Virus record (IMG/VR): IMGVR_UViG_3300027782_000030
Coordinates: 128,001-192,000 of that record
Length of the DNA stretch: 64,000 bases
Source: a virus
Lineage: Duplodnaviria > Caudoviricetes
Reading direction: 5' to 3' (one strand)
The translations under genes and the position numbers were made by a program. Numbering within the stretch: the first letter of the stretch is position 1; each line of letters opens with the position of its first letter. This document shows positions 25,917 to 35,004 of the stretch, one piece after another. The notes below the pieces were generated by a model. That model searched no databases, was not told the origin of the DNA, and worked only from the letters and a program-made list of their open reading frames with translations.

Positions 25917-27017
25917 ATGGCTCAAGTATCTGACAATCTCACCGTTACTAGTGTTCAGGCCCGTAAGGCAATTCTCAAGGCGTTCAAGGTCAAACGTCCC
26001 GTGTTTCTTTGGGGTCCTCCCGGAATCGGTAAGAGTGAGGTTGTTTCCGAAATCACCGAGGAGCTCGGTGGTTTCATGATTGATTTGCGTATGGCGCAAA
26101 TGGAACCCACTGACATTCGTGGTATTCCCTTTTTCAACAAAGACAATGGCAAGATGGACTGGGCGCCCCCGGTTGATCTTCCTGACGAGGAACTTGCTAG
26201 CCAGTATCCTATCGTCTGTTTGTTCTTGGACGAGATGAACTCGGCTGCCCCTGCTGTACAGGCTGCAGGATATCAGTTGATTCTCAATCGCCGTGTTGGT
26301 AAGTACAAACTTCCTGATAACGTGGTGATTGTCGCGGCAGGTAACCGTGATAGCGACAAGGGTGTTACTTATCGTATGCCGATGCCCCTTGCTAATCGGT
26401 TCTTGCATATTGAAATGCGCCCCGACTTCACTTCGTGGCAGAACTGGGCAGTTAACAAAGGTATCCACAAGGATGTGGTTGGTTATCTGTCATTCGCTAA
26501 ACAGGATCTCTATGACTTTGATTCAAAGTCCTCTAGCCGCGCATTTGCTACTCCCCGTACTTGGTGCTTTGTCAGCGATTTGTTGAATGATGAAGAGGAT
26601 ACTGATTCCGATACCCTGTTCAACTTGGTTGCAGGTTCTGTTGGTGAAGGTCTTGCTGTTAAGTTTATGGCACACCGTAAGGTTGCGGGTCAGATGCCCG
26701 AGCCTAGCGACATTCTCGCAGGTAAGGTCAAGGAACTCCGTGTCAAGGAAGTGTCGGCAATGTACTCCCTCACGATTAGCCTGTGCTATGAATTGAAGGA
26801 TGCGCTTGACAACAAGCGTGTATCTAACAAACAGTTCCATGAAATGGCTGATAATTTCTTCAGTTACATCATGGCTAACTTTGAAACTGAGTTGGTCGTA
26901 ATGGGTGCAAAGGTCGCTCTGAAAACTTATCGTCTTCCGATCGAACCCAGTCAGTTGAAGCATTTTGATGACTTCCACAAGAAATACGGCAAGTACATTG
27001 TAGAAGCAGGTAACTGA
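25917..27017 (+). CDS. MoxR-like AAA+ ATPase
   Basis: Walker A GPPGIGKS, Walker B LFLDEMN, VAAGN and LANRF. Confidence 0.88.
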   Translation: MAQVSDNLTVTSVQARKAILKAFKVKRPVFLWGPPGIGKSEVVSEITEELGGFMIDLRMAQMEPTDIRGIPFFNKDNGKMDWAPPVDLPDEELASQYPIVCLFLDEMNSAAPAVQAAGYQLILNRRVGKYKLPDNVVIVAAGNRDSDKGVTYRMPMPLANRFLHIEMRPDFTSWQNWAVNKGIHKDVVGYLSFAKQDLYDFDSKSSSRAFATPRTWCFVSDLLNDEEDTDSDTLFNLVAGSVGEGLAVKFMAHRKVAGQMPEPSDILAGKVKELRVKEVSAMYSLTISLCYELKDALDNKRVSNKQFHEMADNFFSYIMANFETELVVMGAKVALKTYRLPIEPSQLKHFDDFHKKYGKYIVEAGN

Positions 27018-27019
27018 TC

Positions 27020-27045
27020 AAAGGGGAGGCAACTCCCCTTTTTTC
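27020..27045 (+). terminator. Rho-independent terminator
   Basis: AAAGGGGAG-GCAA-CTCCCCTTT followed by a T run. Confidence 0.85.
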
Positions 27046-27047
27046 AT

Positions 27048-27076
27048 TTGCAATTAAATACGGTATATGTTACAAT
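27048..27076 (+). promoter_or_regulatory. sigma70-type promoter
   Basis: TTGCAA-17-TACAAT. Confidence 0.6.
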
Positions 27077-27104
27077 ATAGCATATATACGATAAAGGAGT
27101 AGGT

Positions 27105-28388
27105 ATGAGTGATGTAGTCGCCCCAACTAAAAAACGCAAGCGCAGTAAAAAATTTGAGAACTTGGTCGGTCCTACCGACGCTAAAGTAGACTTCAATGCC
27201 CGTGAGCGGTTGGTAACTGCCCGCATTGGTCTGCTTCTCCGTCATTCATTCTTTGGTAACCTTGCGACCCGTATGCAACTGGTTAACGCCGATGAATGGT
27301 GTAGTACAGCCGCTACCGACGGCTTGAAATTCTATTACAATTCTCGGTTCATTATGATGCTAAAGCCCAAGGAAGTTGAATTCTTGGTTGGGCATGAAGT
27401 GCTCCACGTAGTCTACGATCATATCGGTCGTCGAGGCAATCGTGATCCCCAACTTTGGAACATTGCTGATGACTACGCCGTTAATGCCGATCTAAAACGG
27501 CACAAGGTCGGTGAGTTTATTAAAACCGTTCCTTGCTTGTACGAAGCAAAATACGACGGGAAGTCTGCCGAAGAAATCTATGATGACCTTTACGAAAAGG
27601 CAGAAAAGATTAACGTCGAGGATTTGATCGACCAAATGATTGATGATCATATGGAAGGTGAAAGTCAAGGTGAGAGTGACGGCGAAGAAATTGACGGTAG
27701 CGGTAAGGGCAAAGGTCGTCCTAAGATGAGCCCTGAGGAGCGTGAGCGTGTACGTCAGGAAGTCAAGCAGGCTATCATCAATGCCGCACAAGGTGCAGAA
27801 GCAGGTTCTGTTCCTAAAGGTGTTGAGCGGTTGATCAAACATCATACTAATCCAGTAATGCCTTGGCGTGAGTTGATTCAAACTAACTTGACCAGTTCTA
27901 TTCGTACCGACTTTAGTTTTATTCGCCCTAATCGTCGCGGTTGGCACATGGATGCTATCATGCCTGGTATGACCCCGGGTGAAGAAATTGATGTTGTGGT
28001 TAGCCTTGATATGTCAGGGTCTATCACTGATAAACAAGGACAGGCATTCTTAGGTGAGATTGCAGGTATGATGGATGCCTTTGACGGATACAAAGTACAT
28101 GTATTCTGTTTTGATACAGAAATCTACAATCCACAAGACTTTACCAGCGAGAACCTAGATTCAATTGATTCATATGAACCAGTTGGTGGCGGTGGTACTG
28201 ACTTTGATGCTATCTTCGGCTATCTTAAAGAAAACGCAATCGAACCAAAACGTTTGATTGTATTTACAGATGGTTATCCTTGCGGTAGTTGGGGAGATCC
28301 TGACTATTGCGATACGACTTGGATCATTCATGGTGATAAGGATCCGAACCCCCCGTTTGGGACTTTCGCTATCTATGACGAGAAGTGA
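27105..28388 (+). CDS. Metallopeptidase-like plus VWA domain protein (DUF2201-type), partner of the MoxR ATPase
   Basis: TAATDG, HEVLH (HExxH), MIDAS LDMSGS, GGGGTDF and VFTDG. Confidence 0.88.
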   Translation: MSDVVAPTKKRKRSKKFENLVGPTDAKVDFNARERLVTARIGLLLRHSFFGNLATRMQLVNADEWCSTAATDGLKFYYNSRFIMMLKPKEVEFLVGHEVLHVVYDHIGRRGNRDPQLWNIADDYAVNADLKRHKVGEFIKTVPCLYEAKYDGKSAEEIYDDLYEKAEKINVEDLIDQMIDDHMEGESQGESDGEEIDGSGKGKGRPKMSPEERERVRQEVKQAIINAAQGAEAGSVPKGVERLIKHHTNPVMPWRELIQTNLTSSIRTDFSFIRPNRRGWHMDAIMPGMTPGEEIDVVVSLDMSGSITDKQGQAFLGEIAGMMDAFDGYKVHVFCFDTEIYNPQDFTSENLDSIDSYEPVGGGGTDFDAIFGYLKENAIEPKRLIVFTDGYPCGSWGDPDYCDTTWIIHGDKDPNPPFGTFAIYDEK

Positions 28389-28620
28389 CCTGATATATGA
28401 ATCCCCCGATAAGGGGGAAACTATATATGCTAGGAAAGCAGGATCCACTGAAAGAGTATTACTATCGATGAGTGAAAAGGCTTGGTCCCGTATCAATGAA
28501 CAGGAACAAGCCGAAGTTTGGAAAGATATTAGAGCATTGGCAAAGACTAATCCATCATTGAATGATGTTTTGGATAGATTGTTAGTAGTATATAACCTTA
28601 TCAAAAAAGAAAACTTATGA
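28375..28620 (+). CDS. Hypothetical protein
   Basis: The ATG at 28375 gives MTRSDLIYESPDKGETIYAR..., an in-frame part of ORF 28258..28620. Confidence 0.6.
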   Translation: MTRSDLIYESPDKGETIYARKAGSTERVLLSMSEKAWSRINEQEQAEVWKDIRALAKTNPSLNDVLDRLLVVYNLIKKENL

Positions 28621-29024
28621 TGTATATTGGTAATAGTTTGGGTGGTTGCTTGCAGAGTATCCTACGCGGCGAAGTGTCCGAGGACCAAGTTTTGATGATT
28701 ATTACTAGGACTAAGTGTGAAACCTATGAGCAGTATATTGGGGTAATTAAGTTGTATTATGATGAAGGTAATCAGTACGCTAGGAATTCCCAAAGATATG
28801 ACTTCTCAAAATTTGATTTTGAAACCGTTATGGAGTTGGCTTCCAAACTTTATAATTCAGGCAGGATCCATCAACCTAGATTGTACTCAGAGAGTAAGTA
28901 TTTGCCTATTACCTTTGCTTTTAAAGACCTTTGGTTAGAAGTAGTGCCAACCAATAATAACTCTTCACCCGCAGTAGTAGATGCGTATGAAAAATATAAA
29001 ATGCTAGCCACACTAACTCAATGA
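28617..29024 (+). CDS. Hypothetical protein
   Basis: 135-aa ORF with ATGA overlaps on both sides. Confidence 0.7.
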   Translation: MMYIGNSLGGCLQSILRGEVSEDQVLMIITRTKCETYEQYIGVIKLYYDEGNQYARNSQRYDFSKFDFETVMELASKLYNSGRIHQPRLYSESKYLPITFAFKDLWLEVVPTNNNSSPAVVDAYEKYKMLATLTQ

Positions 29025-29254
29025 CATTCCTTGATCCCATAACTTGGTTTACTTACCGTCGATTAGAGTTTAAGCCAACACATTTTGTATTGGCTAAAAC
29101 CCCGGTAACTGCTAAGTCTATGGCATGGATAGCTACCACGCTTAACGGTAGGTATTCACTAGTTACTATAATGGATGAGGATTATCAAAAATTTCAAGTT
29201 CCTGCGTTTGAAGATCCAGGAGAAGCAGTATTATATGAACTAACTTGGTCATAA
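29021..29254 (+). CDS. Small protein of the C-terminal F/Y-x-L-x-W family
   Basis: Ends AFEDPGEAVLYELTWS. Confidence 0.65.
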   Translation: MTFLDPITWFTYRRLEFKPTHFVLAKTPVTAKSMAWIATTLNGRYSLVTIMDEDYQKFQVPAFEDPGEAVLYELTWS

Positions 29255-29311
29255 TAAATTTTTACTATACAACAGAAATCAATTAAATAATTACATAATC
29301 AGGAGATTAAT

Positions 29312-29983
29312 ATGAGTTTCTTAAGACATGTAGGCAAACACGGTGATCGTAAAATAGCAGTTATCTTTAGGGAGGTCCCTGGAGAGCCACATATGTGTTT
29401 GGTAACATACACTGAAACATTGAATATGCACGTTCATGATCCTATGATTCAATGCATTGAAAGTGATATTGGGCAATCAAGTCAAAACCTAGCAGACGCA
29501 CTAAATAGGACTTATACCAAAGATGGTAAACCTATTCTTCATGTACTTCACCATGAAGGTCAACTTAAAAAGGTTAATACAGAACAAATTGTAATGACCC
29601 CTCAACCTAATACTAGAATCAAACTGAATGAATTAAACAAGATTCTAAACGAAATGCAACAAGGTGAGGATGCTGTTCGTAGATTAGCCGAAATGGATAA
29701 GAGCATGGGATTGCAAGATCCGGCTGATGTAGTCCGTAGAATGCGTGGTCCACAACCTGGTGTTCAAGGATCAGGTGATATTTTAGGTGATACATCATTA
29801 GCACAACAGAGAATTGAACAAGCACAAAAAATGGAACGTGAGGCACAGGGGCTATTAGCTGAATCAAAGCGTTTAATGGATGAGGCTAAATCATTAGATC
29901 CAAGTGTTGGTACATCAACCATGCCAGTCATTGAAACTAAACCAGTTAAAGCAAGAAAACCAAGAGCGAAAGTTAGTGCATAA
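29312..29983 (+). CDS. Hypothetical protein
   Basis: 223-aa ORF with a TAAATA motif and AGGAG SD upstream. Confidence 0.75.
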   Translation: MSFLRHVGKHGDRKIAVIFREVPGEPHMCLVTYTETLNMHVHDPMIQCIESDIGQSSQNLADALNRTYTKDGKPILHVLHHEGQLKKVNTEQIVMTPQPNTRIKLNELNKILNEMQQGEDAVRRLAEMDKSMGLQDPADVVRRMRGPQPGVQGSGDILGDTSLAQQRIEQAQKMEREAQGLLAESKRLMDEAKSLDPSVGTSTMPVIETKPVKARKPRAKVSA

Positions 29984-30285
29984 TGTCACCTGAATTTATA
30001 TCCAAATGGGAACACATCCTTGAGGATGTTGAAAAGCAAAAAATACCCGTGCAATTTATTAAAAAAATAGTTATTAAATTACAAGGCATGGGTAGAAAAC
30101 AGCAAACAATCAACATTGAGAAGTTTTTAAATCAAGGATTGGACCCAGATCAAATTGAAGAAGCGGTAAGCAGGAAGCTTCAAGAACTAGACGATACTAT
30201 TACCAGTGTAGAGTTTATTCTTAATGTTCAAAGCATTGCCGATACGGTTCAACCTACTACAGATGAGTTATTGAAAAATTTATGA
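29983..30285 (+). CDS. Hypothetical protein
   Basis: 100-aa ORF coupled to both neighbours. Confidence 0.7.
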   Translation: MSPEFISKWEHILEDVEKQKIPVQFIKKIVIKLQGMGRKQQTINIEKFLNQGLDPDQIEEAVSRKLQELDDTITSVEFILNVQSIADTVQPTTDELLKNL

Positions 30286-30755
30286 ATTTGATTGTGGCCT
30301 GTGATCCAAAAGGTGGTATTGGATATCTGAACAAATTACCCTGGAGTAAAATCGAGGGTGATTTGCTACGCTTCAAAAGACTAACACAAGATAAAACCGT
30401 TGTTATGGGCCGTAATACTTGGGATAGTCTTCCAATGAAACCATTACCTAACAGGTTTAATGTTGTAGTAACTACCAAACCAATCCAGTTACCTGCCAAT
30501 GTTAAAACTATTTCAAATTTAAATGATTTAAAATATTTTCACGAACCATGGATAATGGGTGGTGCAGCACTAATCAGATCCTGTTGGGAAAAAATTAATA
30601 AAATTCATTTGACTAAAACCTTTGTTGAATATGCCTGTGATACTTTTATAGATTTAAGAAAATTACACGGCGAGTTTAGAATTTCGCATGAAGAGATTCA
30701 TAGCGATCATGTATATGAAATTTGGGATAGAGATTATCCCGACTATTGGAAATAA
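30282..30755 (+). CDS. folA: Dihydrofolate reductase
   Basis: IVACDPKGGIG, LPWSKIEGD, VVMGRNTWDSL, PLPNRFN and IMGGA. Confidence 0.95.
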   Translation: MNLIVACDPKGGIGYLNKLPWSKIEGDLLRFKRLTQDKTVVMGRNTWDSLPMKPLPNRFNVVVTTKPIQLPANVKTISNLNDLKYFHEPWIMGGAALIRSCWEKINKIHLTKTFVEYACDTFIDLRKLHGEFRISHEEIHSDHVYEIWDRDYPDYWK

Positions 30756-31600
30756 ATGTGAAATTATACTTAGAGTTACTTAAAGATATACTAGATAACG
30801 GTGATGATAAAGACGATAGAACTGGTGTAGGAACTATATCGGTATTTGGTAGACAATTACGATTTGATTTACGCAAGGGATTTCCCGCTGTTACTACTAA
30901 AAAACTAGCATGGAAAGCCTGTGTAGGTGAATTGCTATGGTTTATCGAAGGTAGTGGGGATGAACGCAGATTAGCAGAGATAACACATGGTACTAGAGAT
31001 GGCACTGTTACTATTTGGACTCCAAATGCTTTGGCATCTTATTGGAAACCTAAAGCCAAGTTTGAAGGGGATTTGGGTAGAGTATATGGAGTACAATGGC
31101 GAGATTGGGTAACCAATTCAAGGCATATTGACCAATTGACAAATTTGTTAGAAGGATTGAAATCAGATCCTAGTGGTCGCAGACATATTCTTAGTGCATG
31201 GAATGTTGGTGAATTAGATCAAATGGCATTGCCACCTTGTCATATTATGAGTCAATATTATGTGAACAAGAACCGTGAATTGAGTTGTCATATGTATCAG
31301 AGGTCAGTAGATGTTTTCTTGGGTCTACCTTTCAATATTGCTAGTTACGCTCTACTAACTCATTTGATTGCCCATCATTGTGGTTACAAAGTTGGTGAAT
31401 TAGTTATTAGTACAGGGGATACACATATCTATAAAAACCATGTAGAACAAGTTAAAGAACAATTATCTCGTGATCCATTACCCTTACCTACATTAATGCT
31501 ACCAGTAGAAAAGAAAGATATTTTTGAAATGACTATGAATGATATACACTTAGAAGGATATAGTAGTCATGGTCCAATCAAAGCGGAAATGGCTGTATGA
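30746..31600 (+). CDS. thyA: Thymidylate synthase
   Basis: DRTGVGT, GRVYGVQWR, LPPCH, YQRSVD and GLPFNIASY. The GTG at 30758 may be the real start. Confidence 0.96.
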   Translation: MEINVKLYLELLKDILDNGDDKDDRTGVGTISVFGRQLRFDLRKGFPAVTTKKLAWKACVGELLWFIEGSGDERRLAEITHGTRDGTVTIWTPNALASYWKPKAKFEGDLGRVYGVQWRDWVTNSRHIDQLTNLLEGLKSDPSGRRHILSAWNVGELDQMALPPCHIMSQYYVNKNRELSCHMYQRSVDVFLGLPFNIASYALLTHLIAHHCGYKVGELVISTGDTHIYKNHVEQVKEQLSRDPLPLPTLMLPVEKKDIFEMTMNDIHLEGYSSHGPIKAEMAV

Positions 31601-31845
31601 AAGACTATATAGAAACCAAGGTACATTACTTCAGAGTAGGTGATGCAGAAGATCCTGATATCTATGCCGCTCAACCTCTTTGGGAATTCCAACAATCAGA
31701 AAAAGGTAAGTGGATTATGGAAAATTCTATAGAAACACCTACTTGGCATAGACATGTAGATCATAATACATTTGGGTATGGTTATTATGTTACCGCTAAA
31801 TTGCCTAAAGAAAAATATACATTTTTCAAACTTAAGTTTGATTAA
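31597..31845 (+). CDS. Small protein of the F-x-L-x-W/F family
   Basis: Ends KYTFFKLKFD. Confidence 0.65.
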   Translation: MKDYIETKVHYFRVGDAEDPDIYAAQPLWEFQQSEKGKWIMENSIETPTWHRHVDHNTFGYGYYVTAKLPKEKYTFFKLKFD

Positions 31846-31870
31846 TTGATTCCCGTAGATAAATACGGGC

Positions 31871-32338
31871 ATGTGGATCTTATCTGTTTTACCTAGTTAC
31901 GCTATACATGGTTTATTAACTGTTGGTATTATTGGTGTAATTCTAGGCTTTGTATTAGGGTTTATACCACTTGTTGGCAAGTATAAACTCCCTATTCAAA
32001 TTATCAGTATATTCGTACTAACACTTGCCTTATACTTAGAAGGTGGGTTAGAAAATGAACGCATATGGCAATCGAAAGTAAAAGAAGTAGAAGCTAAAGT
32101 TGCTGTATCAGAAGTCAAAGCTGTAGAAAAAACTGTAGAAATACAAGAAAAGATTGTAAACAAAACCAAGGTCATCAAACAAAAGGGCGATGATATAATA
32201 AAATATATTGATAATGAAATAATTAAAAAAGAAGAGATTATCAAGTATATAGAAAATTGTCCAGTGCCACAAGAAATCATTGAACAGCATAATAAGATTG
32301 TAAACTTATCTAGTCAATCCTCAGGAGAGAAGAAATGA
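31871..32338 (+). CDS. Probable inner-membrane spanin (Rz-like)
   Basis: N-terminal hydrophobic segments followed by a coiled coil, immediately upstream of a lipoprotein gene. Confidence 0.65.
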   Translation: MWILSVLPSYAIHGLLTVGIIGVILGFVLGFIPLVGKYKLPIQIISIFVLTLALYLEGGLENERIWQSKVKEVEAKVAVSEVKAVEKTVEIQEKIVNKTKVIKQKGDDIIKYIDNEIIKKEEIIKYIENCPVPQEIIEQHNKIVNLSSQSSGEKK

Positions 32339-32604
32339 GGACGTTAATACCAGTAATATTATTGTTATCTGCTTGTGCTACCGCCCCTGTTCCAATAGAG
32401 CGTAAATTTCCTCCTTATCCTAGCGCATTAGCAGAAAAATGCGAACCGTTAAAACCTATTGAGCCTGGTGATAAAGTACCTATTACAGACATGTTAAAAG
32501 TTGTAGTAGAAAACTATGTGAGATATTATAATTGTGCAACCAAAGTTGAGAGTTGGCAAGAATGGTATACTGAGCAGAAAAAAATATTTGAAAGCGTGAA
32601 ATAA
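32335..32604 (+). CDS. Probable outer-membrane spanin lipoprotein (Rz1-like)
   Basis: Lipobox LLLSAC and a Pro-rich segment, overlapping the end of the Rz-like gene. Confidence 0.7.
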   Translation: MRTLIPVILLLSACATAPVPIERKFPPYPSALAEKCEPLKPIEPGDKVPITDMLKVVVENYVRYYNCATKVESWQEWYTEQKKIFESVK

Positions 32605-32662
32605 TTCTCAGTTTACAAAAGCCTACTGTGTGATAAATACTATATAGATTTGGAACATAGAT

Positions 32663-33193
32663 ATGGCCACAATTGAAGTCATTAATGTAGGGGCAACAGC
32701 CAATGATGGCGACGGTGATCCTTTACGCACTGCCTTTCAAAAGGTAAATAATAACTTTGCGAATATTAATGCAGTAAATTTCTCTACTCTACAAAGTATT
32801 ACTGTTGGTGTAGATCCGCAATTAATTTTAAGTACGCCTGCAAATGCTTTTACACAAGCCACTATGCAGATTAACTCTAGTAATGTTCTTAATGATGATA
32901 GTCAAAATATCATCATATATTCTGCTATTAATAATAGTTTAACTGATGTTAATTGGACCGATCAAAGTCAGCAATATTTTGGAAATCTTGTAACAGAATA
33001 TGATATGATAGTGGAAAATGGTAATGTTAATTTATATGTTCTTCCATTAGGCAATTCAGCAAATACAACTTTAGTTCATTTTATTTCTTATCAGATAACA
33101 TTCAATGCTATAGTACCTGGAAGCATATTAACTCTGACACAAGATACTGATTATGAGTTAGTAACCAACAATGGATTAATAATTACCACATGA
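32663..33193 (+). CDS. Virion structural protein (baseplate or tail-fibre-type N-terminus)
   Basis: INVGATANDGDGDPLRTAFQKVNNNF, a motif typical of T4-like gp9/gp10 and fibre N-termini. Confidence 0.65.
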   Translation: MATIEVINVGATANDGDGDPLRTAFQKVNNNFANINAVNFSTLQSITVGVDPQLILSTPANAFTQATMQINSSNVLNDDSQNIIIYSAINNSLTDVNWTDQSQQYFGNLVTEYDMIVENGNVNLYVLPLGNSANTTLVHFISYQITFNAIVPGSILTLTQDTDYELVTNNGLIITT

Positions 33194-33594
33194 GAGCAAA
33201 AGAATTTATTACCGAGCAACGGTTAGATCAAGTTCACGATGGTTTGGACGTAGCATCCATGGCTCTTCCTAATACATATGTTATTCCAAAGTTAAAAAAT
33301 AGTGACTTCTATGATTTATATCGTTTTGGTGTAGCAATTGCCGCAGTAAGAGGCGAAAGCGGTACTGACAATGTACAAAATAGTTATAAGCCTGATTTTA
33401 GAGCAGAAAGCAGTTGGGGAGAACATCAAGTAGTATCCTCAGAGTTTGATAAAGACATTGGTAAAACTATTGACCAAGCATTAAAGAAAGTTGGCAAATC
33501 CGGCAAGAAATTAGTAAGTACTCTTGGAAGTGATGAGATGGATGATACTGAATTCAACTCTCCAATTAAAGCCTTTAAGGGATATAAAAAATGA
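33190..33594 (+). CDS. Putative head-internal protein, paralog A
   Basis: N-terminus MRAKEFITE, C-terminus FKGYKK. Confidence 0.55.
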   Translation: MRAKEFITEQRLDQVHDGLDVASMALPNTYVIPKLKNSDFYDLYRFGVAIAAVRGESGTDNVQNSYKPDFRAESSWGEHQVVSSEFDKDIGKTIDQALKKVGKSGKKLVSTLGSDEMDDTEFNSPIKAFKGYKK

Positions 33595-33962
33595 GAGCGA
33601 GTGAATTTTTAGCAGAAGGTGATGGCAAATTAAATCATAACCATGCACAAGCATCTAAGGGAATTTATAAAGTTCGTGATCGGGGTGGTTATGATCGTAC
33701 CTATCACATAAACCGTTTAATGATGGCTGCTGCTATGGCTGATGGTAAGAGCCAAGATGCGGTTACAATGGACAACTCTAGTTTTGTTGAAAAATATAAC
33801 TCTGTTCATCCATATACCGAAGAAGAATATAATATGCTTATTTCCGCAACAAAGACTATCCCAACAGAAAAACATGAGGTTGTTCCTTATTCTAAGAGCC
33901 AAGAACCTGAAGATACTAATACCAAAAGTATTGCTGTAGGATTTAAGGGCTATAAAAAATAA
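33591..33962 (+). CDS. Putative head-internal protein, paralog B
   Basis: N-terminus MRASEFLAE, C-terminus FKGYKK. Confidence 0.55.
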   Translation: MRASEFLAEGDGKLNHNHAQASKGIYKVRDRGGYDRTYHINRLMMAAAMADGKSQDAVTMDNSSFVEKYNSVHPYTEEEYNMLISATKTIPTEKHEVVPYSKSQEPEDTNTKSIAVGFKGYKK

Positions 33963-33992
33963 TTTATCCTGCGTTTGCGAATAAATATATGC

Positions 33993-34232
33993 ATGGAGAC
34001 TGTTGCGTATGTATACAAGTGGACTCATGTACCTACTGGAAAATGGTATATAGGATCACGCACTAGATCGGGCTTTGGAAAAATACAGTCCGATGAATGG
34101 AAACTAAAAAATAGTATAGCCAATTCAGGTAAACCCAAACCACAACTTAATTGCCCACATTGCGGAGTTACAGGTGGTACTGGGGTCATGTCTAGATGGC
34201 ATTTTAATAACTGTAAACAAAAGAAAGACTAA
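33993..34232 (+). pseudogene. Internally deleted GIY-YIG homing endonuclease remnant
   Basis: YVYKWTHVPTGKWYIGSR is joined to a terminal CPHC...RWHFNNCK motif in only 79 aa. Most of the nuclease domain is missing. Confidence 0.6.
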
Positions 34233-34234
34233 CC

Positions 34235-34924
34235 ATGATTGATGTTAACCAAATTTTTGACACTGTTAAACTTAAATTTTATTATGAATATTTAGTAAAC
34301 TGTCATATCTATAGCGAAGGTGAAAGTCAGTTTCATAAACAACTGACTACAGAAGTTACTAAGACTTATATAGACCCATTAAATATTCCCAAAGATGCGA
34401 AAATTTTAGATTTAGGGTGTGGTCCAGGCTATTTCCTAGATGAAATGAAAGAGCGTGAGTATACAGATTTAACTGGTGTAACACTAAGTCCTGAAGATGT
34501 ACAAATTTGTGAAAATAAAGGTCATACTATCAAAAAGTATGATTTAAGTTTCTTACCACAAAAAGATGGGTATTATGATGAGTCAGTAGATTTTATATTT
34601 CTACGCCATGCATTAGAGCATAGTCCTTATCCTATCTTTAGTTTAATGGAATATAACCGTGTACTTAAACAAGGTGGCAAGATGTATATTGAAGTACCTG
34701 CCCCAAACTGTGAAAGACAGCATGAGTTTAACTTAAATCATTACAGTATCTTAGGAGAGGCTCAGTTATTAGCACTATTCATGCGTACTGGGTTTGATAC
34801 TAACATATTCAATAGTATTGAGTTTGATTTAGGTAGTCCTGGCGAAAATGGTGAAATTAAGAACTTTAAAGAAAAGTTTTACTGTATTGTTCTTACAAAA
34901 ACTAGACCCTTAGATATTAAATAA
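34235..34924 (+). CDS. Class I SAM-dependent methyltransferase
   Basis: ILDLGCGPG, RHALEHSP and LKQGGKMYIEVP. Confidence 0.85.
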   Translation: MIDVNQIFDTVKLKFYYEYLVNCHIYSEGESQFHKQLTTEVTKTYIDPLNIPKDAKILDLGCGPGYFLDEMKEREYTDLTGVTLSPEDVQICENKGHTIKKYDLSFLPQKDGYYDESVDFIFLRHALEHSPYPIFSLMEYNRVLKQGGKMYIEVPAPNCERQHEFNLNHYSILGEAQLLALFMRTGFDTNIFNSIEFDLGSPGENGEIKNFKEKFYCIVLTKTRPLDIK

Positions 34925-34929
34925 ACGAT

Positions 34930-34960
34930 AAATACTCACTATGTAGTGAGTATTTTTTTA
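34930..34960 (+). terminator. Hairpin terminator overlapping a late promoter motif
   Basis: AAATACTCACT-ATGT-AGTGAGTATTT followed by Ts. Confidence 0.7.
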
Positions 34961-35004
34961 AGATAAATATTAGTTTGGGAAGACGCCCAAACTAAATAAT
35001 AATT

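Noticed and set aside
25283-28604. Long minus-strand ORFs (25283..25750, 25887..26468, 26523..26978, 27492..27947, 28170..28604) and likewise 46650..47141
   Set aside because: They are shadows of GC-richer plus-strand genes that have promoters, SD sequences and recognisable motifs.
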